A stretch of DNA of 64,000 bases from assembly GCA_963743635.1 (NCBI GenBank), contig CAVUQO010000003.1:64001-128000 (forward strand). The letters run 5' to 3'. The position numbers and the translations under genes were made by a program. The notes beneath the pieces are model-generated. The model had not been told where the DNA came from and searched no databases. It was given only the letters and a program-made list of their open reading frames with translations. How positions within the stretch are numbered: position 1 is the stretch's first letter; each line of letters begins with the position of its first letter. Of this stretch, positions 13,178-22,494 are shown piece after piece. Source of the DNA: Candidatus Babeliales bacterium (lineage in GTDB: Bacteria; Babelota; Babeliae; Babelales; Vermiphilaceae).

Positions 13178-13214
13178 CAGAATAATTCTTTGGTTTTTAT
13201 CAACCTAAAGAAAT

Positions 13215-15278
13215 CTATTTAGCTGCTTTTTTCTTTTCTGTAGATGGTTTATCGATAAAGCATTCAGCACGATCGCCTTCTTGCCATGAATCGATATCCT
13301 GCACGATAAAGCCGCACTCGTAGCCCGCATGGACTTCTTTGACGGTCTTTTTATCGCGCTGCAAGCTGCGGATTTTGCCTTCGCCTATCTTTTGTCTTCC
13401 ACGCCATGCTACCACATATCCATCTCGAGAGAAAATACCGTCTTTGATGTAACAACCGGCAATAACACCAATGTTTTTAACATCAAATACTTTGCGTACT
13501 TCAGCTTCACCAATCTTAGTGCGAACCATTTCAACTTCTTGTTTTGATTCTACTAAGGCTTCTAAAGCTTCTAATAACTTGTAAATAATATCGAACTGAT
13601 ACAACGGAACTCGATACTTGCGCACTAATTCCTTAGCTTGCGCATTTACCTTTGCATGGAATGCAATCAATGACGAACCGGTGTTTGTTGCGAGCATTAC
13701 ATCACTTTCTGTAATATCGCCCACACCCGCATAAATCACGTTAAATTCATGTTTTATTTTTTTACTTAACTTATGCAATGAACCAAGTAACGCTTCCTTA
13801 GAAGAGTCTGTATCGGTTTTAATAATGCATGTTAATACATGTTTTCCTGAGCCTGAAAACGCGAGCTGTTTATTCTTGCGTTCATCACGCAATGCTGCAC
13901 GTGCTCTGACATATTGTTCTTTTGATATAACTTCAAAATAACTACCTGCCTCAGGTAAATCATCAAAACCAACTACCTGCACCGGCATTTTTGCATCTGC
14001 ACGTTTTACTGATTTGCCGAAAGAATCGAACATCGCAGTTACTTTACCTACGGTAGTACCGCACGTGAAGTAATCGCCGACATCTACATGCCCATGACGA
14101 CACAATAATGTTGCAACAGTACCGCGACCACGTTCAAGCTTTGACTCAAGGATATATCCTTTGCCTTCTTGCGTGAAATCGGCTTTTAATTCTTGCATTT
14201 GCGATTGCAAAATAATCATATCAAGAAGTTGGTCTACACCAGTTCCTTCTTTTGCAGAAACAGGAACAACAACGGTCTGACCGCCCCATTCTTCAGGAAG
14301 CAAATCATGTTTTGAAAGATCGCGCTTAACCACTTCAAGCTGGGCCTTATCGACCTTATCAATTTTATTGATCGCAACGATAATAGGTACGCCCATTTCT
14401 TTGATATGCTTTAATGCTTCGATGGTTTGCGGCATAACGCTATCATCTGCAGCTACTACAAGTACCGCGATATCAGCAGCGCGAACGCCGCGAACTCGCA
14501 TTTTTGAGAAAGCTTCGTGTCCAGGAGTATCGATAAAAATAACGTCGCCATGCGATGTGTGTGCAGCATAAGCACCCAAATGCTGGGTAATTCCACCTTT
14601 TTCACGGCTCGCAACGCGCGTTTTACGGATATAATCGAGTAATGTTGTTTTGCCATGATCGACGTGGCCAACGACCACCACAACGGGCGGACGCTCTTTT
14701 AACGTGCCACCAGTAAGCGATTGAAGCGCAGCTTTAGTTTTATCTTCTACCAGCTTTGGCTTTTCGATAGGAATTTCATAATGAGCAGCCAACTTTTCAA
14801 CTGCTTCTTCGGGAATGAATTGATTTTTTGTCGCCACAACACCCATACGCAATAATGTCATAATGACATCGGTAACTGGCTGATGCATGCGCTCTGCGAC
14901 ATCGCCCACACTCATCGATTCGAGCGTTAAAAGCAATGGCTCTTGAACTTTCTTTTCAAGAAGATCAACACGTTGCTCTCTTCTTGAAAAGAACACTTTT
15001 TTGGTATTTTTTTTGGGTTTTTTTTCTAGGATTTCGACATTATCTTTTTCAGCAACCCCTGATCGAGCTGCTTTTTTAACGATAATTTTTCCTTTTCGGG
15101 CTGCTCGAGGCTGAGACTCCTCTTGCTCTTCTTTTTCAAAGGTTTCACCTAAAAACTCAATTTGTTCTGGCGTAAGAATAGCCATATGACTTTCTACTTC
15201 AAACCCCACGTCCTGCAGGGCCTGCAATACTTCTTTATTGGAAATATTATATTCTTTGGAAAACTCGTATACCCGCAT
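13215..15278 (-). CDS. infB: Translation initiation factor IF-2
   Basis: IF2_N MRVYEFSKE; GHVDHGKTTLLD, GGITQH, DTPGHEAF, NKID. The ORF track starts at 15299. Confidence 0.97.
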   Translation of the reverse strand: MRVYEFSKEYNISNKEVLQALQDVGFEVESHMAILTPEQIEFLGETFEKEEQEESQPRAARKGKIIVKKAARSGVAEKDNVEILEKKPKKNTKKVFFSRREQRVDLLEKKVQEPLLLTLESMSVGDVAERMHQPVTDVIMTLLRMGVVATKNQFIPEEAVEKLAAHYEIPIEKPKLVEDKTKAALQSLTGGTLKERPPVVVVVGHVDHGKTTLLDYIRKTRVASREKGGITQHLGAYAAHTSHGDVIFIDTPGHEAFSKMRVRGVRAADIAVLVVAADDSVMPQTIEALKHIKEMGVPIIVAINKIDKVDKAQLEVVKRDLSKHDLLPEEWGGQTVVVPVSAKEGTGVDQLLDMIILQSQMQELKADFTQEGKGYILESKLERGRGTVATLLCRHGHVDVGDYFTCGTTVGKVTAMFDSFGKSVKRADAKMPVQVVGFDDLPEAGSYFEVISKEQYVRARAALRDERKNKQLAFSGSGKHVLTCIIKTDTDSSKEALLGSLHKLSKKIKHEFNVIYAGVGDITESDVMLATNTGSSLIAFHAKVNAQAKELVRKYRVPLYQFDIIYKLLEALEALVESKQEVEMVRTKIGEAEVRKVFDVKNIGVIAGCYIKDGIFSRDGYVVAWRGRQKIGEGKIRSLQRDKKTVKEVHAGYECGFIVQDIDSWQEGDRAECFIDKPSTEKKKAAK

Positions 15279-15339
15279 CGGCTCTATCATCTCGCACACG
15301 TATTGTATTATTCAAATAATTTTGCGCGCTACACAACAT

Positions 15340-16398
15340 TTAATCACGGTCTAGCGCATCATCCATTTCCTGGTTTCTCTCTTCTTTTTTGCCTTGAACT
15401 ATGTGTAAGTTCATATCAACTAAACGAGAAGCAAGAGATATATTTTGACCCATTTTTCCAATAGCAAGTGATCGCTGATCTTCTTCGAGCCAAATATTTG
15501 CATTTTCATCATCCACCAATTCAACTCTATTGACGACCGCTGGCTTGAGAGAACTCTTCACCATGTCTTCAACAGAATCAACCCACGCGATAACGTCGAT
15601 TTTTTCGCCCTCAAGCTCTTTAAGTATCGGCTTGATACGTACACCGCCCACACCAACACAAGTACCAACAGGGTCGATATTTGGGTCATGTGAAATAACC
15701 ACAACCTTTGACTTGTACCCAGGAGCGCGTACGGCTTTTTTGATTTCAACCAGTTTTTCAAAAACTTCTGGAATTTCTAATTCAAACAACTTGATCAGAA
15801 ACGCCTCAGAAGCACGATCCAATATTAACTGATTTTCATTGCGTGGCTCAGGCAACACTTCTTTAAGGAGCGCGCGAATGGGATATCCAACAATAAATTT
15901 ATCGGTTGGAATAGTCAGAGACTTAGGCAAAAACGCAAGAGCGTCTTGAACCTTAATTGAAATACCGCTGCGTTCGATTTTATGGATAACGCCGTGGATA
16001 ATGGTGCCTTCTTTGGGCTTAAATTCATCGTAAACGGCTGCAGCTTCGATGGCACGTATGCGACTTGCTATAATTTGCTTTGCACGCAAAATCTCAATAC
16101 GGCCAATTTTACCCTCAAAGGGTAACCAGACAGTGGTCCCAGCTTCTAGATCTTTATCTATGTGCCGAGCTTTGCGAACGCTGATTTGAGTATCCTCATC
16201 AACAGCAGTCGCTACCACTTCTTTTTGAACGCTAATTTTAATTTCGTCTGTTTGCTTGTCGTATTCAGCTTTAAGTATAAGATCCGGAAACTTGCGCATA
16301 TATGCAGCAAGCATTCCTTCGCTGATGATGTCCCTTAAGACATCTTTGTCTAAACCACGCTCTTCTACAAGCTCGTCTATAACTCCGGAAAGTTTCAC
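15340..16398 (-). CDS. nusA: Transcription termination/antitermination factor NusA
   Basis: NusA N-domain, S1 and KH motifs (RAPGYKSK, DPVGTCVGVGG, AIGKMGQN); upstream of infB. Confidence 0.96.
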   Translation of the reverse strand: MKLSGVIDELVEERGLDKDVLRDIISEGMLAAYMRKFPDLILKAEYDKQTDEIKISVQKEVVATAVDEDTQISVRKARHIDKDLEAGTTVWLPFEGKIGRIEILRAKQIIASRIRAIEAAAVYDEFKPKEGTIIHGVIHKIERSGISIKVQDALAFLPKSLTIPTDKFIVGYPIRALLKEVLPEPRNENQLILDRASEAFLIKLFELEIPEVFEKLVEIKKAVRAPGYKSKVVVISHDPNIDPVGTCVGVGGVRIKPILKELEGEKIDVIAWVDSVEDMVKSSLKPAVVNRVELVDDENANIWLEEDQRSLAIGKMGQNISLASRLVDMNLHIVQGKKEERNQEMDDALDRD

Positions 16399-16559
16399 GG
16401 CTTCCTTTGTGCTAAATTGAAAAAATTGTTTTTATCTTAGACTGCTAATGCTTTCTGAAAGAGACCTAAAAGAAAGGTATAGCGTGATACATTGCTACCT
16501 AACTTCTCTTTATAGATATAAATTATATATTAATTTACCAGATCGATCAAATTTCTTAC

Positions 16560-16892
16560 ATACGTTCGATCTGCTTATTAATAATAATATATATATATAT
16601 AGTTATATATAATAATAATAGGCTAAGCCAAAAGTGGTGGATAACTCAATTTTGACACCATCAATATATCGATCTAATCGCGATATCCGCAAATCCCGCG
16701 GGTGGTGGATAAGTGGTGGATAACTGGTGGACAAAATGTGGATAACTTTTAGACATGCGCTCTGAATCGTGATTCCGGAGATATTTATTTCTAAATCAGC
16801 GATCTGATCGAACTATTTAAAAATAGGCCATTTTTTTACTCCACCACTTATCCACCAGTTATCCACCACTTATCCACCACTTATCCACCAGC
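16560..16892. promoter_or_regulatory. oriC: Probable chromosomal replication origin (oriC): AT-rich DUE plus two inverted clusters of DnaA-box-like 9-mers
   Basis: AT-rich tract at ~16576-16620. GGTGGATAA-type boxes at 16636, 16704, 16715, 16726 (GGTGGACAA) and a perfect TGTGGATAA at 16737. TTATCCACC at 16848, 16859, 16870, 16881, with a degenerate box at 16837. Confidence 0.75.
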
Positions 16893-17105
16893 ACATTAGA
16901 AACTATTGATCTATTTCGCGAATCAGAGCGATTCTGCTTGTAATTATTGGCGTTGGTAACGACGGGATTGGTTAAATATCGTTGATTGCGATATCGGGGT
17001 CGTTTTGAAGGTTTTACATAGAATCTGGTAAAAACGATACGCCGACAGGGGTGTATCCTGCCGGCGTAGACGATTTATAGGTTGATTTGCTGAGTTATGG
17101 CCTTT

Positions 17106-18518
17106 TTATGCCATAAGGTATTGCGTTAAGAATGTTACCCATTCATTTGACGCTGCAAAGTTCGTTTTTCGATACGATGGATGAATACGCCGCTCTGGGA
17201 AGTAGACCGAAATGCCCCGTGAGTTGCTTAAATTCTTACCGCAGACGTATGCTATGACATTTTTGTCTATGAGCGCTAAGCCTTCAGTAATTGCAGTATG
17301 TAGGGCTGTGGTAAGAGTATTGCCTTCATTAGCATTGGAGAATGTAAAGTATTTCAAGTTGATTTGCAGGTTTGAGAGAAAGTGGTGAAGATCTATGTAG
17401 CTCGGCTCGTCGAAATGGGTGCAGAGTAGTTTGTTTGAGCTGGCGTAAATAGCGTTTTTAACACTATTATTGCTTTGTTTTTTCAAGCATTCGATAAGAA
17501 GGCGCGCAATGGCATTTACATTTCTTTCAACGGCGGTAATTGTATCGAGATTCATTGCTGATTGGGTGAAATCGTCAGTCACCATATCGTATGCTTGGGC
17601 GTACATTTTTACAATGTGCTTAGCAAATGTTTGTTGGTGAGGCGCGTGCGTCAAGAAAGGGCTCAGGGCTTTGGAGTAGTCCCAGCCCGTTGCAAGTTCA
17701 ACTTCTTGCGACCCAACCATGATATGCGCATATGGCTTTACGATATTAGCAACTTCAAGCATAGACATTAAACATGCATCAAAGGCGATAATGCTGAATT
17801 TCTTTCCGCCCAGATAGTTTTTCGTGATGTGCGCAAGAGATTCTTCAAGCTTTTGGTTGGTGAGATAATGGCCGGTTGAGTCATCCCAGCAAATGCCACG
17901 TTGTTCCTTTTCAAGGATGGTCATAATATCAAGAAAACCGATTGATCTATCAAGTTCGAGTTTGTGCGTTGCGTTATTAAACGTAAATAAATCAACAGAG
18001 TTGATAATTTTTCCTGTTGCAGGATCAATAATCCCCGTGCCATGGTTCCAAAAAACGAGCATATAATTATCCGCTGGATATTCATCTACAGCCCATTTAC
18101 AGCATGAAATGAGAGTATTTGAATCGCCACTATCCATTTGTTGCGTATTAGGGTCGTCAGCGTTCATACAAAGGATAGTGTCTTTTTGTATGAAGTAACG
18201 GCGAGTGATCTTTTTGTTGCCATTTATACGAATATCTAAGTGTGCAACGATATTACAGTGATCATTTGAACCTATTGTGGACATCTGTTTGAGGTTGCGG
18301 GCAGCAAATCCACGCAGATCGTTGTCCGCTGCGAGATACACAATAATGGTCCATGGTTTTTTCGATTGCCTGTGATTTGCTGGTAATTTTTTGAGCGTAA
18401 GAGATTCGAGTGGCGTGCCAAGAAATTCTAAGTCCGTATGCGCTTGTGCTGGTGTTATGAGTAGTAAGAGTAGCGTGTATAAGCATGCTTGGTATGTGTA
18501 TGTGTTATAACCCTTCAT
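17106..18518 (-). CDS. Clostripain-family (C11) cysteine peptidase, secreted
   Basis: WTIIVYLAADNDL, WNHGTG (catalytic His), FDACLM (catalytic Cys), YIDL, GISVYFP. Start MKGYN has SD AAGGAG. Confidence 0.9.
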   Translation of the reverse strand: MKGYNTYTYQACLYTLLLLLITPAQAHTDLEFLGTPLESLTLKKLPANHRQSKKPWTIIVYLAADNDLRGFAARNLKQMSTIGSNDHCNIVAHLDIRINGNKKITRRYFIQKDTILCMNADDPNTQQMDSGDSNTLISCCKWAVDEYPADNYMLVFWNHGTGIIDPATGKIINSVDLFTFNNATHKLELDRSIGFLDIMTILEKEQRGICWDDSTGHYLTNQKLEESLAHITKNYLGGKKFSIIAFDACLMSMLEVANIVKPYAHIMVGSQEVELATGWDYSKALSPFLTHAPHQQTFAKHIVKMYAQAYDMVTDDFTQSAMNLDTITAVERNVNAIARLLIECLKKQSNNSVKNAIYASSNKLLCTHFDEPSYIDLHHFLSNLQINLKYFTFSNANEGNTLTTALHTAITEGLALIDKNVIAYVCGKNLSNSRGISVYFPERRIHPSYRKTNFAASNEWVTFLTQYLMA

Positions 18519-18568
18519 AGCGTTCTCCTTTGTAACGGGCATAATTTTACACATAATACTTTATTTTT

Positions 18569-19690
18569 TTATGCAGAAGCAATTGTATGTTTTTCTATCT
18601 TAGTTTGATAGGTTTTCAAGAGGTGTAACCATGCGAGAGCAAAGGTAATTCCAAAGCTTAATTGGAAATCAAGATAAAATATATGCAGTGGATTTTGGAT
18701 CAAAAGATAAAATGCGGTGATGGTTAAAAGATGAAGGTTGTTGTAGTAGTGATACCAGATGCAAGAGCAGGCCTTGCAGAGAAAAAAGGTGCTGAGCGCG
18801 CGTACAAACGAAATACTAGACCAACTAAGTAATGCATAGATCATGACAAGAAGGGCGATGCAAAGTTGTTTATACAAAAAAGGAATTGCGATGATTCTGA
18901 AAAACCAAACCCAAAGAGCGACAATTAATACCAAGTGCAGGCCCGAGCGGGCAAGGTAATGGGAAAGGCCCCAGCGCCTAAATTGCTCTTTTATTGATTC
19001 ATAACAAGAGCTTGTATACGTTTTGTTCCCGAGAAATAATGATGCATAGAGGGATTTTGCAACTGGTATCAGCGATTGCGTGGCCCGTTTGGTGACCAAA
19101 ATCTTGGTATTATATATCCATCTTTTATATGAGAAGGTTGGTTTTGAGTGATATGACGGCACGATCTTGGGGGTGAATATGGTTGCAATTGTTTGCTCGC
19201 GCATAAGGTGCCCTCTGTATGAGGACTGAGGCGGTTTCTTGCATTGCACATTTTCAAGGGTGATGACGTCATCTACCTCCACAGAAGGATATGAGCTTAC
19301 ATATATATGTATCTTATGGTGGGGATTGAACCAAGAGGTTGAGGTGCCATTAATAGAATTAAGAGAAAGCACTACCAAATTTTTAAAAATACGATGATTT
19401 GTTTTTTGAATGTCGGTGACTACGCCTGTTATCATTATAGGAGTGGTAGGAATTTGGGCTGCTGCCTTTTCGTAGAGCAAGGCGTAACCGTTATGCGCAA
19501 CGCATCCAAAAGCAACCATGCCACACACCCATATAATAAGGTGTATGCGGTATTTAAAAAAAGTGAGTAACCCGATTGCCATGCACAGGGGAATAAGCAA
19601 TAAAGAGTGATTATGAAATGATATGCCCAGGATAAAACCGCATAGATAGTATATAATGGGTGGCACGTGGGTAATGAAAAAGGATCCCAT
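18569..19690 (-). CDS. comEC: ComEC/Rec2 competence-domain membrane protein (no metallo-beta-lactamase domain)
   Basis: GLSHYLARSGLH, SFVRA and NPLHIFYLDFQLSF motifs; multiple TM helices. Confidence 0.85.
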   Translation of the reverse strand: MGSFFITHVPPIIYYLCGFILGISFHNHSLLLIPLCMAIGLLTFFKYRIHLIIWVCGMVAFGCVAHNGYALLYEKAAAQIPTTPIMITGVVTDIQKTNHRIFKNLVVLSLNSINGTSTSWFNPHHKIHIYVSSYPSVEVDDVITLENVQCKKPPQSSYRGHLMREQTIATIFTPKIVPSYHSKPTFSYKRWIYNTKILVTKRATQSLIPVAKSLYASLFLGNKTYTSSCYESIKEQFRRWGLSHYLARSGLHLVLIVALWVWFFRIIAIPFLYKQLCIALLVMIYALLSWSSISFVRALSTFFLCKACSCIWYHYYNNLHLLTITAFYLLIQNPLHIFYLDFQLSFGITFALAWLHLLKTYQTKIEKHTIASA

Positions 19691-19790
19691 TGATAGTATT
19701 CTATTGATATGTGAGTTGATGAATTGTCATTATTACTTTATCACATTTTTGCCATTATTAAAAAATATTACGTAGTATAGCGGGTTTTTA

Positions 19791-22424
19791 ATGAATATAG
19801 TCCCTCAAAATCGTGTTGTAAAACGGGTATTATCGAACGGATTGACCGTTTTGGTGTATCGATCTACCAGAATACCAAAAGTGTCCTCTCAGATCTGGTA
19901 TAACGTTGGTTCTAAAAATGAATCAAGTGGTGAGCGAGGACTTGCTCACTTTTTAGAACATCTTGTTTTTAAAGGCACTGAGAAACTTTCCGAGTTAGAT
20001 CTTACTATGATCGCGTACAAATTATCCGGATATTCTAATGCCTTCACTTCATATGATTACACGGGGTATCTCTTTGATTTCCCACGGCAACATTGGGAAA
20101 CGTCGCTCGATCTTTTTGCGGATTGCATGCGTAACTGCACATTTAAAGAAGAATACATTAATTCAGAATTGAAGGCGGTCATTCAAGAGCTAAAGCTTTA
20201 TAAGGACGACTACGTTAGCTCATTAATGGAAGATATGATTTCTATGATCTTTGCCGATCATCCCTATCATTATCCGGTCATTGGGTATAAGCAGGATTTG
20301 TGGTCTATCACGCGTGAATCGGTGATGGCTTTTTATAAAAAGTATTATATTCCTGCGAATGCAACGATTATGATCTTGGGTGATGTAGACCCGGAAGAAG
20401 CATTTGCTGCAGTAGCAAAACGATTTGATGCTATTCCTAGAATAGAACCAGTGCCGCAAATACAAAGTTATTGTAAACAGGATATAACTTCTCGCTCTTT
20501 AACCTTATATCGAGATATAGATCAACCAGTGAGTATGATGGCATTCGTCATTCCAGGCATAAAAGACACAAAAAATGATCTCGCTCTGCTTGCTTCTTGG
20601 ATCATAGCCAATGGAAAAGGTTCTCGCTTATATCGCAAGCTGGTAGATGAGGAAAAATTAGTTTCACATGTAGAGGTAGTACTTGAAAACTTTTTTGAGT
20701 ATGGCGTCTTTTTTATAGGGTTTTACCCTTACAAGCAGGCGGATAATGAGCGCATTATTGCATTGATTAAAAAGGAGCTCGACATTCTCATACGCGACGG
20801 GTTCACCGATGCGGAAATGGCTCGGGCATCAAAAAGAGTGCAAATTAGTTATTTAGCATTGTGCGAAAACAACCAAGAATTTGCGTATGCGATAGCCGAA
20901 ACGTTTTTGGCGACCGGTGATGAGAATTATATCATTGATTATATGAGCTTATTATCAAGAGAGCGTAAAGAGAATGTGCATGCATTTATCAAAGAATATA
21001 TGCGTCCTATTCGTGCGAACACAGGTTTTGTATTGCCTCTTTCTGAATCAGAAGAGAAGGTATGGCTCGCTTTACAAGAAGAGTCAGACAAATTAGATGA
21101 AGAATTTTTATCGAAAAAGATTCGCACGCAACTGGTAGAGCAAAGTGGTGCGGTTGAAAAAGTGCAGATACAAAAAGCGCCTAAATTTAAATTTCCTCAT
21201 CCAGAGCGCATAGATTTGGATAATGGTTTGGGTGTCATTTATCATCAAACTGATCACGCTCAAAAGATAGATCTCATTCTTGATGTAAAGGCATACAATG
21301 CCTATGATCCGCATGATTTGCAGGGATTGCTCTATTTTACGAGTCGTATGGTGCTTGAGGGTACAAAAAATTATTCAGGTCGAGCTCTTGCAGATGAACT
21401 TGAATCGCATGGTATTTTCTTTGATATCAAACCGGGCTTATTTGTGATGAGCATGCTGAGCAGTGATTTTGAAAAGGGGCTTTCATTATTAACCGAAATG
21501 GTCACTAATGCACTCATGGAAGAATCAGCGATTCAAAATGTACGTGCGCAAATAGAAGTGGCATTGAAGAATTATTGGGATGATCCATCACAATTTATCG
21601 ATCAATTAGCGCGGGATATTGTGTATGCAGAGCATCCACATTCCTATAATAGACTCGGCACTATGGAAAGTGTTTTCCGTATTTCGCGTGAAAATATTAT
21701 GGACTGTTATACAAGGATGATGACGCCGCAAGAGGCACGCCTCGTTATAGTTGGTGACATGTCAGGCTATGATGTCAGCGCAATAGTTAAAAAAACAATT
21801 GGCAAATGGCAAGGCCCTCATCTTGAGACGCTCCTCTATCCGATTTTAAGACCGCCTGTTGCTGCGGTAAAAAATTATCCGTTAAATAGAGACCAAGTTA
21901 CTCTTGGTTTTGCAGGACTATCAGTTTCGCGCCTTGATCCTCTTTTTGATCCGCTTCTTTTATTTGATCAAATTTTTGCCGGTGGCGAACTAGGATCTAT
22001 GACTTCTCGTCTTTTTATGTTGCGGGAGCGATCGGGCTTGTTTTATTCAATTGGTGGTTCGCTGCTTAACCAGGCGGGGATTGTGCCAGGTATGATATTT
22101 ATCAATACTCAAGTTTCGCGCGATAGACTGAAAGAGGCGGAAGATGCAATCATAAACCTCTTTAAGCAAGGTACGGCGAATTTGAGTTATGAAGAATTGA
22201 CTCAAGCAAAAAGTGCGGTAATTAATAGCCTAATCGATCATTTTGGATCTAATCTACAAATAGCTATGACATTCTTGCTGATGGATCGATACAATATGCC
22301 GCCTGATTATTTGGATCAACGTGCAGACCTTATTGCACAGGTTACCTGTGATGATGTGATAGAAAGGGTGCAGCCTCTTTTGGATACCAATCATATCGTG
22401 ACGATCCGCATTGGGCGTGTCTAA
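19791..22424 (+). CDS. M16 (pitrilysin/insulinase) zinc peptidase, fused two-subunit type
   Basis: GLAHFLEHLVFKGT (HxxEH), NAFTSYDYT, HPYHYPVIG; second half contains SRLFMLRERSGLFY. Confidence 0.92.
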   Translation: MNIVPQNRVVKRVLSNGLTVLVYRSTRIPKVSSQIWYNVGSKNESSGERGLAHFLEHLVFKGTEKLSELDLTMIAYKLSGYSNAFTSYDYTGYLFDFPRQHWETSLDLFADCMRNCTFKEEYINSELKAVIQELKLYKDDYVSSLMEDMISMIFADHPYHYPVIGYKQDLWSITRESVMAFYKKYYIPANATIMILGDVDPEEAFAAVAKRFDAIPRIEPVPQIQSYCKQDITSRSLTLYRDIDQPVSMMAFVIPGIKDTKNDLALLASWIIANGKGSRLYRKLVDEEKLVSHVEVVLENFFEYGVFFIGFYPYKQADNERIIALIKKELDILIRDGFTDAEMARASKRVQISYLALCENNQEFAYAIAETFLATGDENYIIDYMSLLSRERKENVHAFIKEYMRPIRANTGFVLPLSESEEKVWLALQEESDKLDEEFLSKKIRTQLVEQSGAVEKVQIQKAPKFKFPHPERIDLDNGLGVIYHQTDHAQKIDLILDVKAYNAYDPHDLQGLLYFTSRMVLEGTKNYSGRALADELESHGIFFDIKPGLFVMSMLSSDFEKGLSLLTEMVTNALMEESAIQNVRAQIEVALKNYWDDPSQFIDQLARDIVYAEHPHSYNRLGTMESVFRISRENIMDCYTRMMTPQEARLVIVGDMSGYDVSAIVKKTIGKWQGPHLETLLYPILRPPVAAVKNYPLNRDQVTLGFAGLSVSRLDPLFDPLLLFDQIFAGGELGSMTSRLFMLRERSGLFYSIGGSLLNQAGIVPGMIFINTQVSRDRLKEAEDAIINLFKQGTANLSYEELTQAKSAVINSLIDHFGSNLQIAMTFLLMDRYNMPPDYLDQRADLIAQVTCDDVIERVQPLLDTNHIVTIRIGRV

Positions 22425-22494
22425 TATTGTTTTATGGCTGAGCTTTGTTACACTATTTACGCAATAACTTCCAATTTTAAAAGGGATATCTGTA

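Noticed and set aside
16700..16892. CRISPR array or simple VNTR
   Set aside because: 11-bp units without unique spacers that match DnaA boxes; no cas genes.
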